Source: a candidate division WOR-3 bacterium (GTDB taxonomy: Bacteria; Hydrothermota; Hydrothermia; B15-G9; WFZT01). From it: a stretch of DNA of 64,000 nucleotides. Within the stretch, counting starts at the first letter, position 1, and every line of letters begins with the position of its first letter. A model generated the notes under the pieces. The model ran no database searches and was not told the origin of the DNA. It was given only the letters and a program-made list of their open reading frames with translations. Shown piece by piece: positions 31,872 through 41,430 of the stretch. The stretch lies in NCBI GenBank assembly GCA_027053075.1, contig JALUEE010000078.1, positions 25,189 through 89,188 on the forward strand, written 5' to 3'. The position numbers and the translations under genes were made by a program.

Positions 31872-32267
31872 TTACCAATGCCCTGGGCCCCTCCAGAATC
31901 CTGCGCATCTACGTGGACCGTATGCCCACCTCAATGCATATACCCTTTTAGCCGTCAGGTTTCGGACAAAACTTACAAGTATCCCTGAACTGGCATACTG
32001 GAATGAGATTCCCTGGAGTTCAACCCTATCTCCTATACCAATCTGTATGCCGAATGACCATGTGGGTGGTATCCATGCGTAAACTATTCTTCCCGGAGCA
32101 GTTCTTACTCCAATTCGCATGTATTTGCAGCAGGCCCATGAATTGGGTGCGACATACTCGATCTTTTCTACCACACCTGTTACCTTCATTTGTGTTGTGT
32201 CCTGTGCCATCAAAGCTCCAGAGAACAGCCCAAGACCTATTATGGCGGAGAATATTGCCCTCCTCAT
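31872..32267 (-). CDS. Small secreted protein with Gly/Arg/Trp-rich C-terminal tail; paralog of 29787..30170
   Basis: Start at MRRAIF preceded by AAGGAGG; signal peptide; VTGVVEKIEY...GDRVELQGIS...GPRRCAGFWRGPGHW. Confidence 0.45.
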   Translation of the reverse strand: MRRAIFSAIIGLGLFSGALMAQDTTQMKVTGVVEKIEYVAPNSWACCKYMRIGVRTAPGRIVYAWIPPTWSFGIQIGIGDRVELQGISFQYASSGILVSFVRNLTAKRVYALRWAYGPRRCAGFWRGPGHW

Positions 32268-32318
32268 GGTCTCATCCTCCTTCATTTTTAAATATCAATT
32301 TTGTCACTCTATCTAACG

Positions 32319-32333
32319 GCAATTTATCTGCCA
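32319..32333 (-). promoter_or_regulatory. Sigma-54 (RpoN) promoter TGGCAG-ATAAA-TTGC upstream of the 32267 small-secreted-protein gene
   Basis: Minus-strand sequence GTGGCAGATAAATTGCC matches the TGGCAC-N5-TTGC consensus with correct spacing; about 40 nt upstream of the start codon. Confidence 0.6.
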
Positions 32334-32426
32334 CAAAATAAAATTTTAGGTTTGATGCGTTTTTCACAATGGACTCCTATGGAATCGCATACAAAATTGT
32401 CGAATGATAGGATACGCACAGGATAG

Positions 32427-32448
32427 AATTCGACAATTTTGTCGAATT
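32427..32448. promoter_or_regulatory. Inverted repeat AATTCGAC-AATTTT-GTCGAATT; candidate enhancer/UAS for the adjacent NtrC-family activator (extra half-site AAATTGTCGAAT at 32394..32405)
   Basis: 8-bp perfect arms about 100 bp upstream of the sigma-54 promoter; repeated half-site 25 bp away. Confidence 0.5.
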
Positions 32449-32530
32449 GAAGGAAATTAAACTCCCTGGCTGGATTTTACCACGTTAGATATGTTAGAAA
32501 ATTAAGGGATTGAGAACGGAAGCTATATGA

Positions 32531-33895
32531 TCAGCTATGTTTTTCCTTTATTCCAAGTTTTTCCATCCTGTATCTAAGTACCCTTTCTGAGATCCCAAGT
32601 TCCTTCGCAGCTCTTGTCTTCACCCAGTTATTCTTCTTTAGTGCCTCGAGGATTAGACTTTTTTCAATAAGCTCGAGTCTCTCTGGCAAGGATAAATTTT
32701 TATTGCTTTCAACCTGAAATTCGCTCGATAGAAGATGAACAGGCAAGTCATCAGTTGTGATAAGGTCACCTTGGGCCATCACAACGGCCCTTTCAACGAT
32801 ATTTTCCAGTTCTCTTACATTGCCAAGATAATCGTATCTTATTAATGCCTCATAAGCCTCTCTTGTAAAACCGTGGATTTTCTTTCCCTCTTTTTGACTG
32901 AATTTTTTGAGAAAGTGAGCGAGGAGATACGGAATATCCTCTCTCCGCTCCCTCAGAGGTTTGATGTGAATATGGATGACATTCAGTCTGTAGTAGAGGT
33001 CTTCTCTAAAATTTCCCTTCCTGACTTCTTCTTCGAGATTCTTATTTGTAGCTGCAATGACTCTGATATCCACTTTGACAGGTTTGGACGAACCAACCGG
33101 GAAAAATTCACCTTCTTGCAAAGCCCTCAGTAGTTTGGGCTGAAGATTTAGAGGGAGTTCACCAATTTCATCGAGGAAGATAGTGCCACCATCTGCCATC
33201 TGAAAATACCCCTTTCTGTCTTTAACTGCATCAGTGAATGCTCCTTTTACATGTCCAAAGAGTTCAGATTCGATCAAAGTCTCCGGAATGGCTGCAACAT
33301 TCACTGGTATGAAAGGTTTGTCTTTTCGAGGGGAATAACGGTGGATAAATCTCGCTATAAGCTCTTTCCCGGTCCCTGTCTCTCCTGTAATTAATACAGA
33401 GGCACGGGATTTTGCAACTTTGAGAGCAGTGGCAAGAACCCTCTTCATCTCGTATGATTCAGCTACGATACCCTCCACATCAGGATAGAAAAGTTCTTTT
33501 TCTTCTTTGAGTAGCTCGATTTCTTTCACGAGATTTAGATGTTTTATTGCACGGGAAATGACAATGAGCAATTCATCAAGATTTATCGGTTTTACCAGAT
33601 AGTGGAATGCTCCAGACTTCATTGCTTCGATAACGAGATCGACATCAGAGTAAGCAGTGGTCATTATAACCGGGATTTGTGGATTAATCTCCCTGATTTT
33701 CTTTAACAAATCGATACCCGACGTGTCTGGCAATTTGATATCGAGAAGGATAGCATCAAAAATTCTGGACTCGAATTTTTTTAACGCTTCTCCACCAGAC
33801 TCCGCTCCTTCGGTTTCGTAACCTTTACTTTCGAGAAATTCCTGGAGAATCTCTCTTTGATTTTTTTCGTCCTCTACTATCAATATTGTTGACAT
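32531..33895 (-). CDS. Sigma-54-dependent response regulator (NtrC family: REC + AAA+ + Fis-type HTH)
   Basis: ILIVEDE...DAILLDIKLPDTSG (REC); GETGTGKELIARFIH Walker A; GAFTDA variant of GAFTGA; C-terminal HTH ...WVKTRAAKELGISERVLRYRMEKLGI. Confidence 0.85.
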   Translation of the reverse strand: MSTILIVEDEKNQREILQEFLESKGYETEGAESGGEALKKFESRIFDAILLDIKLPDTSGIDLLKKIREINPQIPVIMTTAYSDVDLVIEAMKSGAFHYLVKPINLDELLIVISRAIKHLNLVKEIELLKEEKELFYPDVEGIVAESYEMKRVLATALKVAKSRASVLITGETGTGKELIARFIHRYSPRKDKPFIPVNVAAIPETLIESELFGHVKGAFTDAVKDRKGYFQMADGGTIFLDEIGELPLNLQPKLLRALQEGEFFPVGSSKPVKVDIRVIAATNKNLEEEVRKGNFREDLYYRLNVIHIHIKPLRERREDIPYLLAHFLKKFSQKEGKKIHGFTREAYEALIRYDYLGNVRELENIVERAVVMAQGDLITTDDLPVHLLSSEFQVESNKNLSLPERLELIEKSLILEALKKNNWVKTRAAKELGISERVLRYRMEKLGIKEKHS

Positions 33896-33973
33896 CTCAA
33901 CACCCCTTTGGGCATTATGAATATAAAAGATGGCAGAAGTTTTACAAGTATCTTCATAAACTATGAATCAAAC

Positions 33974-34864
33974 TTAAAAGATTTTCTTCACAAAACTCAG
34001 GGTCTCATATTTTTTTGCCCCCATACGCCGTTTAAATTCCTCCACTCCGGGCAATCCCAGGCTCGAGCCCAGGTTGTAAATGTGGATATCCAGCTTTTCT
34101 ACAACAGTTTTATGCAGGAGATTGTTGGGCCTCAGGTCTAAAAACTCCTTTTTTGCCACTCCATAGTGGTAAAAGGCATATTTCTTCCCCAATACCACGA
34201 AGATATGCGCTACAGGCTGATCCCGGTAAACAGCCGAAAAAAGCCGGGCAACTCCACTTTTTATCTGCTCTTCAAAAAATACCCTCTTACCTTCCACCCG
34301 CTTATCAAGCCAACCCTCCCGGGAAAATAACTCTTCAAGAAATTCATTCAAGTTACTATTTATCTTCACTCTCACACCTTCCCGCTCAGCCTTTCTTGCC
34401 CCGCGTAAGAAAGATTCTGTGAAAGCGTCCCCCTCTTTTAAATTCAGGATATGCGTGAATCCCCTAAATTCTTTCATCCCCGAGAACACCACCGGGGCTA
34501 TCTGATTAAAGGGCTCCAGATTAACCACAAAACGCACAAGCCCTTTCGAAATTCTACTTATAAACTCCCTGATACACTCAAAATCATGCTCACCCTCCAC
34601 TAAAACCGGGCCTCCGTAAGTTCCAAGCGGCCCGCTGTAGATTGCCCGGAGGAGGTAGGTTTTTGATAGAAGAAACGGGAAAAGATACGTAGAATCACGG
34701 CATCTTATTTCATAGGCACCGTGCTCGTAATTCTTTCTCAAACTTTTATAGATTTTAAGCCATTGAGGTGAGTAAAAAGGTGGGTAAACCTCGAGCCTGT
34801 TCAGAAGTTCAACCCACCTTTCCTCACCTATACGCTCATAATTCAATTGTTTATGCTCATACAT
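33974..34864 (-). CDS. FemAB/Acetyltransf_6-like GNAT-fold protein
   Basis: About 300 aa; conserved GNAT-like core near C-terminus (HIFVVLGKKYAFYHYGVAKKEFLDLRPNNLLHKTVVEKL); weak assignment. Confidence 0.4.
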   Translation of the reverse strand: MYEHKQLNYERIGEERWVELLNRLEVYPPFYSPQWLKIYKSLRKNYEHGAYEIRCRDSTYLFPFLLSKTYLLRAIYSGPLGTYGGPVLVEGEHDFECIREFISRISKGLVRFVVNLEPFNQIAPVVFSGMKEFRGFTHILNLKEGDAFTESFLRGARKAEREGVRVKINSNLNEFLEELFSREGWLDKRVEGKRVFFEEQIKSGVARLFSAVYRDQPVAHIFVVLGKKYAFYHYGVAKKEFLDLRPNNLLHKTVVEKLDIHIYNLGSSLGLPGVEEFKRRMGAKKYETLSFVKKIF

Positions 34865-34995
34865 TAATCAGAATGACACTCCAAACCACTCGCCCGCACA
34901 AAGTGCGTAAGGGAAGGAAAAGGTATTGGCTTTAACGTGTTCGAAAATTCTGGGATTTTTCTCCTTTTCTCTTCACTTTTCCCATTCCACCCCAT

Positions 34996-35022
34996 CCCTC
35001 CCTTCCCAAAGGGAAGGGAGGG
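34996..35022. repeat. Hairpin CCCTCCCTTCCC-AAA-GGGAAGGGAGGG
   Basis: Perfect 12-bp arms. Confidence 0.6.
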
Positions 35023-35153
35023 TGAAAAAATTTGAATTTCTGGATTTTTTGTAGAGACACCTATCCACTGCGCATTTCGTAAGTGAAGATAAAGTGTAGT
35101 GACATTTTTGAACACGCCTGGAAATCCTTTGAGTGTATTCACAAACATTTCCA

Positions 35154-36299
35154 TTACTTATTTCTTAAAAAGGCACGGGCGATGGTTAGCCTGTGGGCCT
35201 CGGATGTCCCTTCATAAATTTCTGTAATCTTGGCATCTCTGTAATGTCTTTCCACATCAAAGTCCTCGGTATATCCATAACCACCGTGAACCTGAATGGC
35301 TTCACGAGTTACCTTCATTGCTACATCTGATGCAAATAGCTTTGCATAAGCAGAGGCGACAACATAATTCTCGCCTCTGTCCTTTAGAAATGCAGCCTTT
35401 AGATAGAGCAGCCTCGCAGCCTCAATAAGCATTGCCATATCCGCAATTTTCCACTGAATAGCCTGGAATTCGGCTATAGGTTTTCCAAACTGCTTTCTTT
35501 CCTTGGCATAGGCTACTGATTCTTCAAAGGCTGCCCTCGCAATCCCTGTGGCCTGTGCAGCAATCCCGATTCTTCCACCATCGTAGGCATCAAGGGCTAT
35601 ATAAAAACCTTTACCACGCTCACCAAGCATATTTTCATCTGGAACCCTCATATCCTCAAAAATGAGCTCGGCAGTGGATGAAGCCCTGATTCCAAGCTTA
35701 TGCTCTATCTTTCCAATAGAAAAGCCAGGGGTATCCCTTTCCACAATAAATGCCGAAAGTCCCTTGTGCCCGAGCTCCGGATCAGTTTTGGCAAAAATCA
35801 GATAAATACCTGCCTCTCGACCATTTGTAATGAAAATCTTCCGACCATTTATCACCCATTCGTTGCCATCCTTTACAGCACGGGTTTTGATGCCCGCAAT
35901 GTCTGTCCCTGCCTCTGGCTCGGTCATTCCGTGGGCTCCGATGGCCTTCCCTGAGGCAAGAAGTGGGAGATACTTTTTCTTCTGTTCCTCTGTGCCGTAT
36001 TTCATGATGGGATCAACAACGAGGGAAGTGTGAGCAGACATAATTACACCTGTTCCAGCGCATGCCCTTGAGATTTCCTCAACCATCAAGGCATAGCTCA
36101 CAACGTCCATTCCAGCACCACCATATACTTCGGGGACATAGACCCCAAACATACCGAGTTTTGCCATCTTTTTCACGATTTCAGCGGGGAATTTTGCCTC
36201 TCTGTCCAGCTCACGGGCCACGGGCTTTATTTCCTTTTCTGCAAATTCCCGTGCCATATCCCTTGCCATTTTTTGTTCTTCAGTTAGCTCAAAATTCAT
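35154..36299 (-). CDS. Acyl-CoA dehydrogenase (short/medium-chain, butyryl-CoA dehydrogenase-like)
   Basis: MNFELTEEQKMARDMAREFAEKEIKP...; HGMTEPEAGTD; QVHGGYGYTEDFDVERHYRDAKITEIYEGTSE. Confidence 0.85.
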   Translation of the reverse strand: MNFELTEEQKMARDMAREFAEKEIKPVARELDREAKFPAEIVKKMAKLGMFGVYVPEVYGGAGMDVVSYALMVEEISRACAGTGVIMSAHTSLVVDPIMKYGTEEQKKKYLPLLASGKAIGAHGMTEPEAGTDIAGIKTRAVKDGNEWVINGRKIFITNGREAGIYLIFAKTDPELGHKGLSAFIVERDTPGFSIGKIEHKLGIRASSTAELIFEDMRVPDENMLGERGKGFYIALDAYDGGRIGIAAQATGIARAAFEESVAYAKERKQFGKPIAEFQAIQWKIADMAMLIEAARLLYLKAAFLKDRGENYVVASAYAKLFASDVAMKVTREAIQVHGGYGYTEDFDVERHYRDAKITEIYEGTSEAHRLTIARAFLRNK

Positions 36300-36302
36300 A
36301 AC

Positions 36303-36920
36303 TCACCTCCTAAAATTCGTCTTTTCCGGTGCATCAAAAAGCAATCTATTTAAAAAATAATGCCCAAATCTACTCCCTCTCCTCACATCATAAATGACAA
36401 AAACTGTCCTTCTGAAGATAAGGAATAAAGAAACAAAAAGCAAAGCACGAAAATATTGCGGAGCAAAAAATGGGGCAATAAATGGCATGGAGAGGATGGC
36501 AAAAAAATTACTCAAACCCGCCTCCCTTAAAGCCAATCCGGCAATGGAAATTGCGACAAAAATACCAAAAATTACAGGGCTTATAAAAAGTAGCACTCCC
36601 AGTGTTGTGGCTATACCTCGTCCTCCCTTAAATCCAATAAAAATCGAATAGCAATGTCCGACAATGGGACTGAGAAGTGCTATGTCCTGAATGATACCGG
36701 GTGTAGTCAACTTTAATACAAGAACTGCAGCCACCAATCCTTTTGCAAAATCAAGTAATCCGGCGACAATTCCTGTGACTTTACCTGCATTCCTAATGGC
36801 ATTTGAGCCCCCAACGTTGCCCGTCCCAACTTTTCTAATATCTATCCCCCTGGTAACCCGGGGCAGGATGAAGGAGAACGGAATACTACCGATCAAATAA
36901 CCTGCAATAATAGCCAGCAC
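36303..36920 (-). CDS. plsY: Glycerol-3-phosphate acyltransferase PlsY
   Basis: IAGYLIGSIPFSFIL...GTGNVGGSNAIRNAGK motifs. Confidence 0.85.
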   Translation of the reverse strand: MLAIIAGYLIGSIPFSFILPRVTRGIDIRKVGTGNVGGSNAIRNAGKVTGIVAGLLDFAKGLVAAVLVLKLTTPGIIQDIALLSPIVGHCYSIFIGFKGGRGIATTLGVLLFISPVIFGIFVAISIAGLALREAGLSNFFAILSMPFIAPFFAPQYFRALLFVSLFLIFRRTVFVIYDVRRGSRFGHYFLNRLLFDAPEKTNFRR

Positions 36921-36974
36921 GCATGAAGTATAACACTAGAAGCCCAAAATTTTCAAAGTTTTGGAGATTTTTCA

Positions 36975-37007
36975 GGCGGGCCCACGCACGAAGTGCGTGG
37001 GCCCGCC
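36975..37007. repeat. Hairpin GGCGGGCCCACGCAC-GAA-GTGCGTGGGCCCGCC
   Basis: Perfect 15-bp arms containing the CACGCAC core. Confidence 0.7.
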
Positions 37008-37145
37008 GAAGCAATTCCAATAACCTTAAAAAAAAGACATACTGGATGGGACCAGGGCTTCTGGCAAATTGAAAGAGCAATAAATATGGGGTCATTAATC
37101 TTCCACGAAGATTTTTTGTGGTCAACTCAAGGCAAATGCATTAAA

Positions 37146-37607
37146 ATGATTGATATGAGAAAATTTCTAATTGGTGGCATAGTAATTCTGCTTCTTACTT
37201 CCTGCACGGCAGTGAGACAGGTCGTGGCTATTAAAGACCTGAAGATTAAGTTTCAAAACGTGGAGCTGGCACGCATAACCTTAGAAGGGGTGGACCTGAA
37301 CCTCAACTTTAAAGCCTACAATCCAAATAGAGTGAACGCAGTACTCTCTGGATTTGCCGTTGATATATTTGCCAACAATATGAAAGTAGGAAAAGCGACC
37401 CTCAATAAAACCCTGAAAGTCCCTGCCGGTGGTAACGCAACCTTCACCATTCCCCTTCATCTGAGCTGGAGGGAGCTTTCTAATTCTCTCTCAAATGCAA
37501 TAAGGAAAAAATCCGTTACCTTTCGCGCCACAGGTTATGCTTTGATAAATACCCCACTTGGCAAACTCCGTTTTAAAGTCGCTGATTACACAAGAGAGAT
37601 CAGGTAG
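37146..37607 (+). CDS. Lipoprotein with LEA_2/WHy (late-embryogenesis-abundant type 2) domain
   Basis: Lipobox LLLTSCTAV; LKIKFQNVEL...LEGVDLNLNFKAYNPNRVNAVLSGFAVDIFANNMKVGKA typical of LEA_2. Confidence 0.55.
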   Translation: MIDMRKFLIGGIVILLLTSCTAVRQVVAIKDLKIKFQNVELARITLEGVDLNLNFKAYNPNRVNAVLSGFAVDIFANNMKVGKATLNKTLKVPAGGNATFTIPLHLSWRELSNSLSNAIRKKSVTFRATGYALINTPLGKLRFKVADYTREIR

Positions 37608-37609
37608 GC

Positions 37610-39415
37610 TCAATCTCCGTGCAGGTGGTAGTAAATCTTTTGGGCAAGTTTGGGGCCAATACCCTCCACCCTCTGGATTTCCTCAACTGAAGCAGACATC
37701 AGTCTCGATAGACTGCCAAAATAGGAAATCAGTGCCTGCTTGCGCTTTTCACCTATGTCTGGAATTGTATCCAGAAAAGAAACAAACCCCTCTTTTGTCC
37801 TCAAATCCCTGTGGAAGGTTATGGCAAATCTGTGGGCCTCGTTCCTCAACCGTTGGATAAGCTTAAGTGCTTCAGAGCGTCTTGGAAGCATTAGAACCTT
37901 CCCATCCTGGGTGTAAAGCTCATCAAATCTCTTTGCTATTGCAAGAAAATAAACATCCTGTACACCAAGTTCCCTTGCCGCAGCAAGAGCCTGGTTGAGC
38001 TGCCCCACTCCCCCATCAATGACAAAAATATCTGGCAATCTCTTGCCCTCCTTTGTGAGTCTGCGAAGTCTCCTCTTTACCACCTCGTGAATCATACTAA
38101 AATCATCAATTCCCTGAACAGTCTTAATCCTGTACTTCCTGTAATCAGACTTTTTGGGATACCCCTTTTCAAAAACAACTATACTGCCTACCGGGTTGTT
38201 ACCAAAGGTGTGTGAAATATCCACAGCCTCGATTCTCTCAGGCACACGATCAAGCTTTAAAAGGTCCTTCAATTCAAAAAGTGAGGGATGAATTGCCCTG
38301 TCCTCTATTTTTAGCTTTTGGATCTCAATCTCAAGCTCCTTTTGCGCGTTTTCCATGGCCAGCTTGAGAAGGGAATTCTCATCTGAAACAGGCTTCCTGA
38401 TCTTAATTTTCTTCTCGGTCTTTTTCTCAAGATAGGCCCTCAAGTAATCAACACTTGGGGGCAATTCCGGGACAATGATCAAATTTGTCCACAAAGTGGC
38501 AGTTGAATAGTACTGCCAGAGGAATTTTTCAAACGCTTCTATTTCAGAGATTCCCGGTTCTGTATCAACAAAGAACGTCTCCTTATAGACGAGCTTGCCG
38601 GTTTTGACATTCAAAACCACAAAAACCCCAAAATTGCGGGAGAGTGCGTATCCCCAGACCTCAAGGTCTTTGCCATTGGGTGAAACAACACTCTGAGGAG
38701 ATAAAAGCTCCCTCAATGCAAGAAGATTATCTCGAATTTTAGCCGCGCGCTCAAACTCAAGATTCTCCGCGGCTTCCTTCATCTCCTCCTCGAGTATCTT
38801 CTCAACCCTTGTGGTTCGACCTGATAGGAGTTCGATTATTCCATTAACGAGCTTCATATACTCTTCTCTGGGCACATCCACCACACACGGACCAATGCAT
38901 TTTCCGATATGATAGTCAATGCAGGCAGGGAATCTCTTCCCTGGAGCAAGTTTATAGGTGCAGGTTCTAACAGGGAAAAGATTTCTCACCATCCTGATGG
39001 TTTTTCTAAGGGCTTTTGCAGACGTGTAGGGACCAAAGTAAATGGAATCTCGATCGCTCAGGTCCCTCGTTGCAAAAATTCCCGGATAGTAGTCTTTAAT
39101 GGTGATCTTGAGATAAGGATACTTTTTATCGTCCTTTAGACGAATGTTGTAGTACGGCTTGTACTGCTTGATAAGATTTGCCTCCAATAGAAGGGCCTCT
39201 GACTCTGAACCTGTGAGGATAAGCTGCAGGTCCCGTATTTTTGAGACCATCACCCTGAGTCTTGGATTTTCCTGTGGCTGGAGATAACTCCTCAAGCGAT
39301 TCTTCAGATTTTTTGCCTTGCCCACGTAGAGTACGTGTCCATTTTTATCCTTAAAGATGTAAACACCGGGCTTTTCCGGAACCGTCTTTATCCTCTGAAG
39401 CAGGAACTCATTCAT
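37610..39415 (-). CDS. uvrC: Excinuclease ABC subunit C
   Basis: GIY-YIG motif PEKPGVYIFKDKNGHVLYVGKAKNLKNRLRSY; UvrBC-interaction and C-terminal HhH/RNaseH-like region; start set at MNEFLLQ. Confidence 0.85.
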   Translation of the reverse strand: MNEFLLQRIKTVPEKPGVYIFKDKNGHVLYVGKAKNLKNRLRSYLQPQENPRLRVMVSKIRDLQLILTGSESEALLLEANLIKQYKPYYNIRLKDDKKYPYLKITIKDYYPGIFATRDLSDRDSIYFGPYTSAKALRKTIRMVRNLFPVRTCTYKLAPGKRFPACIDYHIGKCIGPCVVDVPREEYMKLVNGIIELLSGRTTRVEKILEEEMKEAAENLEFERAAKIRDNLLALRELLSPQSVVSPNGKDLEVWGYALSRNFGVFVVLNVKTGKLVYKETFFVDTEPGISEIEAFEKFLWQYYSTATLWTNLIIVPELPPSVDYLRAYLEKKTEKKIKIRKPVSDENSLLKLAMENAQKELEIEIQKLKIEDRAIHPSLFELKDLLKLDRVPERIEAVDISHTFGNNPVGSIVVFEKGYPKKSDYRKYRIKTVQGIDDFSMIHEVVKRRLRRLTKEGKRLPDIFVIDGGVGQLNQALAAARELGVQDVYFLAIAKRFDELYTQDGKVLMLPRRSEALKLIQRLRNEAHRFAITFHRDLRTKEGFVSFLDTIPDIGEKRKQALISYFGSLSRLMSASVEEIQRVEGIGPKLAQKIYYHLHGD

Positions 39416-39554
39416 GGGATAAAAAATACACTTAAACCTATTTCTCCACCACCCACAACAGATACGAGCTAAAATTTTATCAACCATATCTTGACAGATT
39501 TTATCAATCAGATTACTTATAAAACATAATAAGACTATTAGGAGGTTTTTAGAT

Positions 39555-40247
39555 ATGAGCGTTCTGGAACTTAGAGAATTACAGGCATTGAACACCCTTG
39601 TCTTCGAGACCCTTGGACAGCCAGAGAAGGAGAGAGAATTCAAATTCAAATCTCTCAAGAAATGGGGTCTGGATTTGATTTTGGGTAAAAAGGGAGGGAA
39701 AACCACGTATTTTGTCGCTGAGTATGGGAAAAGGAAGTTGGGTGATATTTATGAAGAAAGCGGTGTTAAATACGAAGTTGACGAGATCCTTTACGAAATG
39801 CCCAAAAATAAGAGGTTATTTGCCCACATTGAAATGGAGGACGGTAGAGCCTACCTTGTTGGTCAGCTCAGAGAAGGAGATGAAAACATCGAAATCCTTA
39901 GGTTACCCGCTGCATCACTACTTCTTGCCTATTTCAAAAAGCACAGGTTGCACCACTTGATCGAGGCAATGAGAAATGTTGGAACAGCTACGGAGTTGGT
40001 TAAGCAAAGAGGTCAGGAGGGAAAGCCATATCCATTCAGCAAATTGCCCAATGTAGCAAGAAGATTCCTGAGAGAAGCCAAGAAAATCGAGCGCGAAGCA
40101 GGATTTGGAAGAGTCGCACTTGCATACTACGGTGAAAACAAGGACGGAGATGCAAGATTCAGAGTCTCATGGTTACTCCCAACCATTGCTCTCTTTGAAA
40201 TCGATATCGCGGAGAAGGCAGACAAAATCCTTGGAGCTTTCAAGTAA
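39555..40247 (+). CDS. Hypothetical protein (230 aa), first gene of the prefoldin-containing operon
   Basis: AGGAGG SD; no motif I can assign. Confidence 0.45.
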   Translation: MSVLELRELQALNTLVFETLGQPEKEREFKFKSLKKWGLDLILGKKGGKTTYFVAEYGKRKLGDIYEESGVKYEVDEILYEMPKNKRLFAHIEMEDGRAYLVGQLREGDENIEILRLPAASLLLAYFKKHRLHHLIEAMRNVGTATELVKQRGQEGKPYPFSKLPNVARRFLREAKKIEREAGFGRVALAYYGENKDGDARFRVSWLLPTIALFEIDIAEKADKILGAFK

Positions 40248-40248
40248 G

Positions 40249-40968
40249 ATGGAACTTCTTTTCTGGACACCTGTTTTATACTCACGTAAGGGTTTCCCGA
40301 GGGACGAGGAGGGCAACCCTTTTATTGAAGGAAAAGTCATTGAAGAGTCCATTACTTCGGCCCTCATTTTTTATCACATAAAAAAGGACAAGCTCCTCGA
40401 AAATCAGATTAAAAAGCTCCTCATGGAGCTTTCACCTCGTGATGTGATGCCCATGGTGAAGAAATTGATATTTGAAAAATACAATCTGCACTCTCTTTTG
40501 ACTTTACCCGATAGAATTCCTCTAATTGGTGGTAAAATCTACAAAACTCCCGTTGATGTAATGGACCTTCAGACGTGGGACGAGGTGGATTCATTTATAG
40601 GAGAGGTCTTCGAGGGTATCCTCAGAATACCCGTCGAATCTGAAAAGCTGGAGCTTATCATGGCAGCCGGACATTCATACACAGAAGCCCTGCTCAAAAT
40701 GGAGATGGAGCTTTTAGGTGATCATCCACTGGTAGAGACCTTCTACATTCCCATGATCAATGAGGTCAAGAAATGGGAAATCCCACTCAGGACAGGGTGG
40801 TGGACCGTGGAAAAATTTAAGGGAAATCTTCTCTTCTTCTGGAGGGTTAAGGAAATAAGAGAAAGATTCTTGCGCGAATTTAAGCTGGATATAAGGCCAC
40901 AGAAAATCCTCTTTCTCCCACGGGAGGGGGTGACGGCAGGATGGGCAGAACTTAAAAAGGAGGTGTAA
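40249..40968 (+). CDS. Hypothetical protein (239 aa), translationally coupled to the upstream gene
   Basis: ATG 1 nt after upstream TAA; no recognisable motif. Confidence 0.45.
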   Translation: MELLFWTPVLYSRKGFPRDEEGNPFIEGKVIEESITSALIFYHIKKDKLLENQIKKLLMELSPRDVMPMVKKLIFEKYNLHSLLTLPDRIPLIGGKIYKTPVDVMDLQTWDEVDSFIGEVFEGILRIPVESEKLELIMAAGHSYTEALLKMEMELLGDHPLVETFYIPMINEVKKWEIPLRTGWWTVEKFKGNLLFFWRVKEIRERFLREFKLDIRPQKILFLPREGVTAGWAELKKEV

Positions 40969-40971
40969 GTC

Positions 40972-41430
40972 ATGGCAGCAAAGAAAGAAGTAAAAAAGGA
41001 CGACAAAAAAATGGCTGAACTCAATAGGGAGCTGAGAAGCTATATAAACCAGATAGAAACACTCAGGGTAAATATTACAAACATTGATGCCCTGATTTCG
41101 GAGTACAGGACAACCATAACAACCCTTCAGAACCTGAAAGACCTTGGTAAAGGTAAAGAAGTGCTCCTGCCTGTAGGAAGGATTGCACAGGTTAGCGCGA
41201 AATTAGAGGCAGTTGATAAAGTAGTGGTAAGCATTGGAAGCAGCATATCTGTCGAGCTCACATTCGACGAGGCCGTCAAGCAGATCGAGAAGGAAATCTC
41301 AGCTCTAATACTGCTCAGACAGGCACTTGAGAAGACGATGGTAGAGCTCTATGGGAAAGTGGAAGAATTAACCCAGAAGATAAGAGAACATGGAAGAGAA
41401 GAAGCAACAGCAGAAGAAGGAAAGAAATAA
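40972..41430 (+). CDS. pfdA: Prefoldin alpha subunit-like protein (archaeal PfdA/GimC-alpha type)
   Basis: AAAAAGGAGG SD; coiled-coil N and C helices flanking GKGKEVLLPVGRIAQVSAKLEAVDKVVVSIGSSISVELTFDEAVKQIEKEI, matching the PfdA double beta-hairpin consensus EiLVPiGxGxfvxgxixdxxkvlVxlGsGyxvExsxdEAixxLek. Confidence 0.6.
   Translation: MAAKKEVKKDDKKMAELNRELRSYINQIETLRVNITNIDALISEYRTTITTLQNLKDLGKGKEVLLPVGRIAQVSAKLEAVDKVVVSIGSSISVELTFDEAVKQIEKEISALILLRQALEKTMVELYGKVEELTQKIREHGREEATAEEGKK

Noticed and set aside
36993-37145. N-terminal 51 codons of ORF 36993..37607 (likewise 30992..31081, 39416..39706 and 45473..45778 extensions)
   Set aside because: The extensions contain GC hairpin repeats or upstream intergenic DNA. 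Internal ATGs with lipobox, SD or homology to protein N-termini (UvrC MNEF, tricorn signal peptide, LEA_2 lipoprotein) are better starts.
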